Below are positions 60,215 through 64,000 of a DNA stretch of 64,000 nucleotides, in pieces. Numbering within the stretch: the stretch's first letter is position 1; each line of letters opens with the position of its first letter. The notes below the pieces were generated by a model. It saw only the letters and a list, made by a program, of their open reading frames with translations, did not search any database and had not been told where the DNA came from. Location: positions 66 through 64,065 of the forward strand of contig CAZHPN010000007.1 of NCBI GenBank assembly GCA_964534375.1, written 5' to 3'. This stretch comes from an uncultured bacterium (GTDB taxonomy: Bacteria > Lernaellota > Lernaellaia > Lernaellales > Lernaellaceae). The position numbers and the translations under genes were made by a program.

Positions 60215-62209
60215 ATGAAGGCGAGGATTTTTTCACTAATGGGTCTCGCGCTTTTGCTGGGCTTGATCGTTGGCGTCGTGGCGTCTTGCGGCAGTACAAG
60301 CAGCAAGGCCAGCAGCCAACAGGCCGACGACGACAATGACGACAATGACAACGACACGACGGACGACGACGGGTCGCCTACGCCGGACGACGACGACAAC
60401 GACACGACGGATGACGATGTGTCGCCTCCGGACGACGATGACGACGCCTGCAGCGCCAGCAATTGCCCGAGCGGCTGTTGCGACGCCAGCGGAACCTGCC
60501 AGCCCGGCACCGCCAATGGCGCGTGCGGCACGAACGGCGCGGGCTGCATCGCCTGCAGCGCCGGCAACGAATGCACGAATCAAAGTTGCGTCGCTTATTG
60601 CGCTCCGACCGACTGCGCGACGGGATGCTGCAGTGGAACGACATGCGAGGCCGGAACCGCGGCTGCCCAGTGCGGCGCGGCGGGCGCGGCCTGCGTCGCC
60701 TGTGCGACCGGACAAGCCTGCGTCAGCGGCGCCTGCGTGTGCAATGCGGCCAGTTGCCCGAACGGCTGCTGCGACGCCACCGGCAATTGCCAGCCGAGCG
60801 TCGTCGCCACGTGCGGCTTGGACGGCGTGGTCTGCGTCGCCTGCGCGACCGGGCAAGCCTGCGTCGACGGCGCGTGCACGTGCGACGCGGCCAGTTGCCC
60901 GAGCGGCTGCTGCGACGCGAGCGGCAACTGCCAGCCCGGCGACACGGCTGCCGTCTGCGGCGGCAGCGGCGGCGCCTGCGTCGCCTGCGCGACCGGACAA
61001 GCCTGCGTCAACGGCGCGTGCACGTGCGACGCGGCCAGTTGCCCGAGCGGCTGCTGCGACGCGAGCGGCGACTGCCAGCCAGGCGACACCGACGCCGTCT
61101 GCGGCGGCAGCGGCGGCGCCTGCGTCGCCTGCGCGACCGGGCAAGCCTGCGTCAGCGGCGCCTGCACCTGCGACGCGGCCAGTTGCCCGAGCGGCTGCTG
61201 CGACGCCGGCGGCAACTGCCAGCCCGGCGACACCGATCCGGTCTGCGGCGGCAGCGGCGGGGCCTGCGTCGCCTGCGTCACCGGGCAAGCCTGCGTCAGC
61301 GGCGCCTGCACCTGCGACGCCGCCAGTTGTCCGAACGGCTGCTGCGACGCGAGCAGCCTCTGCCAGCCTAATGCCCCCGCCGCTTGCGGCACAGACGGCG
61401 AATCCTGCTTCGCCTGCCGGACCGGGCAAGACTGTGTCAGCGGCGCGTGTACGTGCGACGCGACCAGTTGCTCGGCGGGCTGTTGCGATGTGAACAACGA
61501 CTGCCAGGCCAACGCCCCCGGCACATGCGGCACGGACGGCGAGGCCTGCTTCGCGTGCGCCGCAGGCCAAGACTGCGTTACGGGCTTGTGCACGTGTGAC
61601 GCGACCAGTTGCCCGAACGGCTGCTGCGACGGAAGCGGCAACTGCCAGGCGGGCGCGGTTCTGACCGCGTGCGGCACCGGCGGCGTCTCGTGCGTCGATT
61701 GCTCGGCTTTGACGAATGAGTACTGCGGTCCGCAGCAAGCGTGCGTGGCCGACGACGCCGAAACGGTGTGGACCGATTCGACTTCCGGGTTGACGTGGCA
61801 GGACGGCGAAACGGTCGGGACTACGCCCTCCGATTTCGCGGATGCCCCGACTTACTGCACGGGTCTGACGTGGAACGGTCTCACCGGCTGGCGTTTGCCT
61901 GACGTCGACGAACTGCGCAGCCTGCTGCGCGGTTGCACCGGCACGGACACGGGCGGGTCCTGCGGCGTGACCGATTCGTGTTTGAACTCGACTTGCGTGA
62001 CTGGCGCCTGCGCCGGCTGCTCCAGTTTGGGCGGTCCGGCCCCCGGCGGCGCCTACTGGCCCGCGCAAATCACCGGCAGCATCAATTATTATTGGACGGC
62101 ATCGGCGGAGGGCGACGTCTCCGGCAACGGGTGGTACGTCGATTTTCGCGACGGCGCCGTGGCGGGCCTGGACGGCAACAACGGCGGCTCGTTGCGTTGT
62201 GTGCAATAG
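60215..62209 (+). CDS. Lipoprotein: Asp-rich linker, nine 10-Cys repeats, C-terminal DUF1566 (Lcl)-like domain
   Basis: VAS-C lipobox; DDDNDDNDNDTTDDDGSPTPDDDD; repeats; TDSTSGLTWQ...GWRLP..DELRSL...YYWTAS...WYVDF..G...LRCV. Confidence 0.88.
   Translation: MKARIFSLMGLALLLGLIVGVVASCGSTSSKASSQQADDDNDDNDNDTTDDDGSPTPDDDDNDTTDDDVSPPDDDDDACSASNCPSGCCDASGTCQPGTANGACGTNGAGCIACSAGNECTNQSCVAYCAPTDCATGCCSGTTCEAGTAAAQCGAAGAACVACATGQACVSGACVCNAASCPNGCCDATGNCQPSVVATCGLDGVVCVACATGQACVDGACTCDAASCPSGCCDASGNCQPGDTAAVCGGSGGACVACATGQACVNGACTCDAASCPSGCCDASGDCQPGDTDAVCGGSGGACVACATGQACVSGACTCDAASCPSGCCDAGGNCQPGDTDPVCGGSGGACVACVTGQACVSGACTCDAASCPNGCCDASSLCQPNAPAACGTDGESCFACRTGQDCVSGACTCDATSCSAGCCDVNNDCQANAPGTCGTDGEACFACAAGQDCVTGLCTCDATSCPNGCCDGSGNCQAGAVLTACGTGGVSCVDCSALTNEYCGPQQACVADDAETVWTDSTSGLTWQDGETVGTTPSDFADAPTYCTGLTWNGLTGWRLPDVDELRSLLRGCTGTDTGGSCGVTDSCLNSTCVTGACAGCSSLGGPAPGGAYWPAQITGSINYYWTASAEGDVSGNGWYVDFRDGAVAGLDGNNGGSLRCVQ
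60449..61747 (+). repeat. Nine coding repeats of about 47-50 aa with 10 Cys each
   Basis: C-x4-C-x3-CC-x4/5-C-x7/8-C-x6-C-x2-C-x5-C-x4-C; units starting at 60881, 61025, 61169 and 61313 are exactly 144 nt apart. Confidence 0.95.
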
Positions 62210-62213
62210 CGAG

Positions 62214-62248
62214 GAATCAGAAGACAGCACGCAGCACTCAGAGGACGG
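62214..62248. repeat. Degenerate 7-mer array just after the stop codon
   Basis: GAATCAG AAGACAG CACGCAG CACTCAG AGGACGG. Confidence 0.55.
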
Positions 62249-62272
62249 AAAGCAAAAATTAGACGGCGATGT

Positions 62273-62306
62273 AAGGGGCGCGGCGTTTGCCGCGCCCCTT
62301 TGATTT
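62273..62306 (+). terminator. Intrinsic terminator
   Basis: AAGGGGCGCGGC-GTTT-GCCGCGCCCCTT (12-bp perfect stem), then TGATTT. Confidence 0.8.
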
Positions 62307-62332
62307 GATGCACGAATGCGCCTTCTTGCCCC

Positions 62333-62361
62333 TTGCCCGCGGGACCCGCGGCGAGTACATT
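62333..62361 (+). promoter_or_regulatory. Putative sigma70 promoter of pyrH-frr-uppS
   Basis: TTGCCC-17 bp-TACATT upstream of ATG 62389. Confidence 0.55.
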
Positions 62362-62388
62362 TCGCACATCTTGAATACTGAGGCGCGG

Positions 62389-63105
62389 ATGGGTGAAACC
62401 AAGTTTAAGCGCGTGTTGCTCAAATTGTCCGGCGAGGCCTTGATGGGGAAAGCGGCCTACGGCATCGACGACGAGCAACTGGCCGCGATCGCCCGGGAAG
62501 TGGCGGCGGCGCGCAAGACCGGCGTGCAAATCGGGCTGGTCCTGGGCGGCGGCAATATCTTCCGCGGCGTGAAGGGCGCCAGTCAGGGCATGGATCGCGC
62601 CAGCGCCGACTACATGGGCATGCTCGCCACCGTCCTCAACGCCCTGGCGATGCAGCATGCGCTCGAGCGCGAAGGCTGCCCGACGCGGGTGATGAGCGCG
62701 CTGCCGATGCAGGCCGTCGCCGAGCCCTACCTCCGCCAGCGGGCCATCCACCTGCTCGACCAGGGTTACGTGGTGATCTTCTGCGCCGGAACGGGCAGCC
62801 CCTTCTTCACCACCGACACGGCGGCCGCGTTGCGGGCCGCGGAGACCGGCGCCCAAATCGTGATGAAGGCGACGAAGGTCGACGGCGTCTACGCTGAAGA
62901 CCCGGTGACGAATCCGGGCGCGGAGTTCTTTGCGAATTTGACTTTTGGCGACGTGATGGCCAAGAATCTGCGGGTAATGGATTTGGCGGCCGTCAGTTTG
63001 TGCCGCGATAATTCCATTCCCATTTTGGTGTTCAACCTGCTCGTGCCCGGCAACATTCTGCGGGCCGTGCGGGGCGAAGCAGTCGGAACGTTAATCAAGG
63101 AGTGA
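62389..63105 (+). CDS. pyrH: UMP kinase
   Basis: [44 protein letters not shown]. Confidence 0.97.
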   Translation: MGETKFKRVLLKLSGEALMGKAAYGIDDEQLAAIAREVAAARKTGVQIGLVLGGGNIFRGVKGASQGMDRASADYMGMLATVLNALAMQHALEREGCPTRVMSALPMQAVAEPYLRQRAIHLLDQGYVVIFCAGTGSPFFTTDTAAALRAAETGAQIVMKATKVDGVYAEDPVTNPGAEFFANLTFGDVMAKNLRVMDLAAVSLCRDNSIPILVFNLLVPGNILRAVRGEAVGTLIKE

Positions 63106-63108
63106 ATC

Positions 63109-63666
63109 GTGATCGACGATGTCCTCAGCGAGTGCAAGCAAGGCATGGAAAAGGCGATCTCCAACCTCGGGCGCGAATTGGCCAAGGTCCGCACCGGCCG
63201 CGCCAACCCGACGATCATCGACGGCATTCGCGTCGATTATTACGGCACGCCGACGCCGATCAGCCAGATGGCGACCGTCGCCGTGCCCGAAAGCCGGTTG
63301 ATCGTCATTTCGCCGTGGGAACAGAGCCGCTGCGGCGACATCGCCAAAGCGATCCAGGCCGCCGACATCGGCCTGACGCCGCAGACCGACGGCAAGGTCG
63401 TGCGCCTGCCGTTCCCCTCGCTCACCGAGGATCGGCGCAAAGAGCTGGTCAAGGTCGTCAAGAAGATCGGCGAGGACCACAAAATCGTCGTCCGCAAAGA
63501 GCGCCGCGACGCCAACGACCTGCTTAAAGCGCTGCAAAAAGACGGCGAAATCGCCGAAGACGACTCGCACAAGGCCGTCGACCGCGTCCAAAAAATGCAC
63601 GACGACTACATCAAGAAGATCGACGATGTCCTTACGCGGAAAGAATCCGAAATCATGGAGATCTGA
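63109..63666 (+). CDS. frr: Ribosome recycling factor
   Basis: VRTGRANP, YYG.PTP, GLTPQ.DG, LTEDRRKELVK, KESEIME. Confidence 0.97.
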   Translation: MIDDVLSECKQGMEKAISNLGRELAKVRTGRANPTIIDGIRVDYYGTPTPISQMATVAVPESRLIVISPWEQSRCGDIAKAIQAADIGLTPQTDGKVVRLPFPSLTEDRRKELVKVVKKIGEDHKIVVRKERRDANDLLKALQKDGEIAEDDSHKAVDRVQKMHDDYIKKIDDVLTRKESEIMEI

Positions 63667-64000
63667 GCCGGCGCCGGCCGGCCCCGGCGAGCCGCCGGGC
63701 CCGGGACTCGATCCGTCGCGGCTGCCGCGTCACGTGGCGATCATCATGGACGGCAACGGCCGGTGGGCCAAGAGCCGCGGCCTGCCGCGCGTCAGCGGTC
63801 ACCGGCAGGGCGCGGTGGCGACGCGGACGGTCATTCGCGCGTGCCGGAAAATGAATGTGCCGTACCTGACGCTTTACGCCTTCTCGCTGGAGAACTGGAA
63901 TCGGCCGCCGCGCGAGGTGGAGACGTTGATGCGGCTGCTGTCGCGCACGCTGGCGCGGGAAGTCGTGAAGCTGCTGAAATATGACATCCGGCTGCGGACG
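63626..64000 (+). CDS. uppS: Isoprenyl transferase (undecaprenyl diphosphate synthase), 3'-truncated
   Basis: LPRHVAIIMDGNGRWA from 63722, GHRQG, LTLYAFSLENWNRP; nearest in-frame ATG is 63626 inside frr, so the start is uncertain. Confidence 0.92.
   Translation, partial: MSLRGKNPKSWRSEPAPAGPGEPPGPGLDPSRLPRHVAIIMDGNGRWAKSRGLPRVSGHRQGAVATRTVIRACRKMNVPYLTLYAFSLENWNRPPREVETLMRLLSRTLAREVVKLLKYDIRLRT

Noticed and set aside
60215-62209. Cys-rich protein as a multiheme cytochrome or ferredoxin
   Set aside because: The repeats have no CxxCH or CxxCxxCxxxC motif, and the protein is exported, which favours disulfides.
1-64000. tRNA, rRNA, tmRNA, RNase P or SRP genes
   Set aside because: No T-loop/CCA cloverleaf or diagnostic conserved motif was found by eye in any intergenic gap; an Infernal scan would be needed to exclude divergent RNAs.

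Overview
High-GC bacterial chromosomal window with about 52 genes, no tRNA/rRNA, no CRISPR array, and no transposase, integrase or reverse transcriptase. Gene content (REC-DUF4388-TPR protein, DksA, XrtA-type deacetylase, Cys-rich lipoprotein) points to a deltaproteobacterial-type lineage (inference only). Housekeeping genes: an EF-G copy outside the str operon, PFK, GlpD, a DksA operon, and pyrH-frr-uppS with no rpsB-tsf upstream. Accessory genes: MacAB-type and ABC-2 exporters, di-heme cytochrome c peroxidase, hydrolase/GlcD/GlcF-like operon, hicBA, two histidine kinases, two radical SAM enzymes. Two patterns are not explained by standard annotation. (1) About a dozen dispersed short-period (7-10 bp) tandem-repeat and hairpin elements occupy intergenic gaps, mostly just downstream of stop codons; some are composite (7-mer plus 9-mer arrays) or inverted, and one copy lies in frame inside a coding sequence. 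(2) Four unrelated predicted lipoproteins share an Asp/Asn-rich linker built from DDD-x-(S/T)P units; one also carries nine 10-Cys repeats and a DUF1566-like domain. All family calls come from motif recognition by eye; no database search was run.
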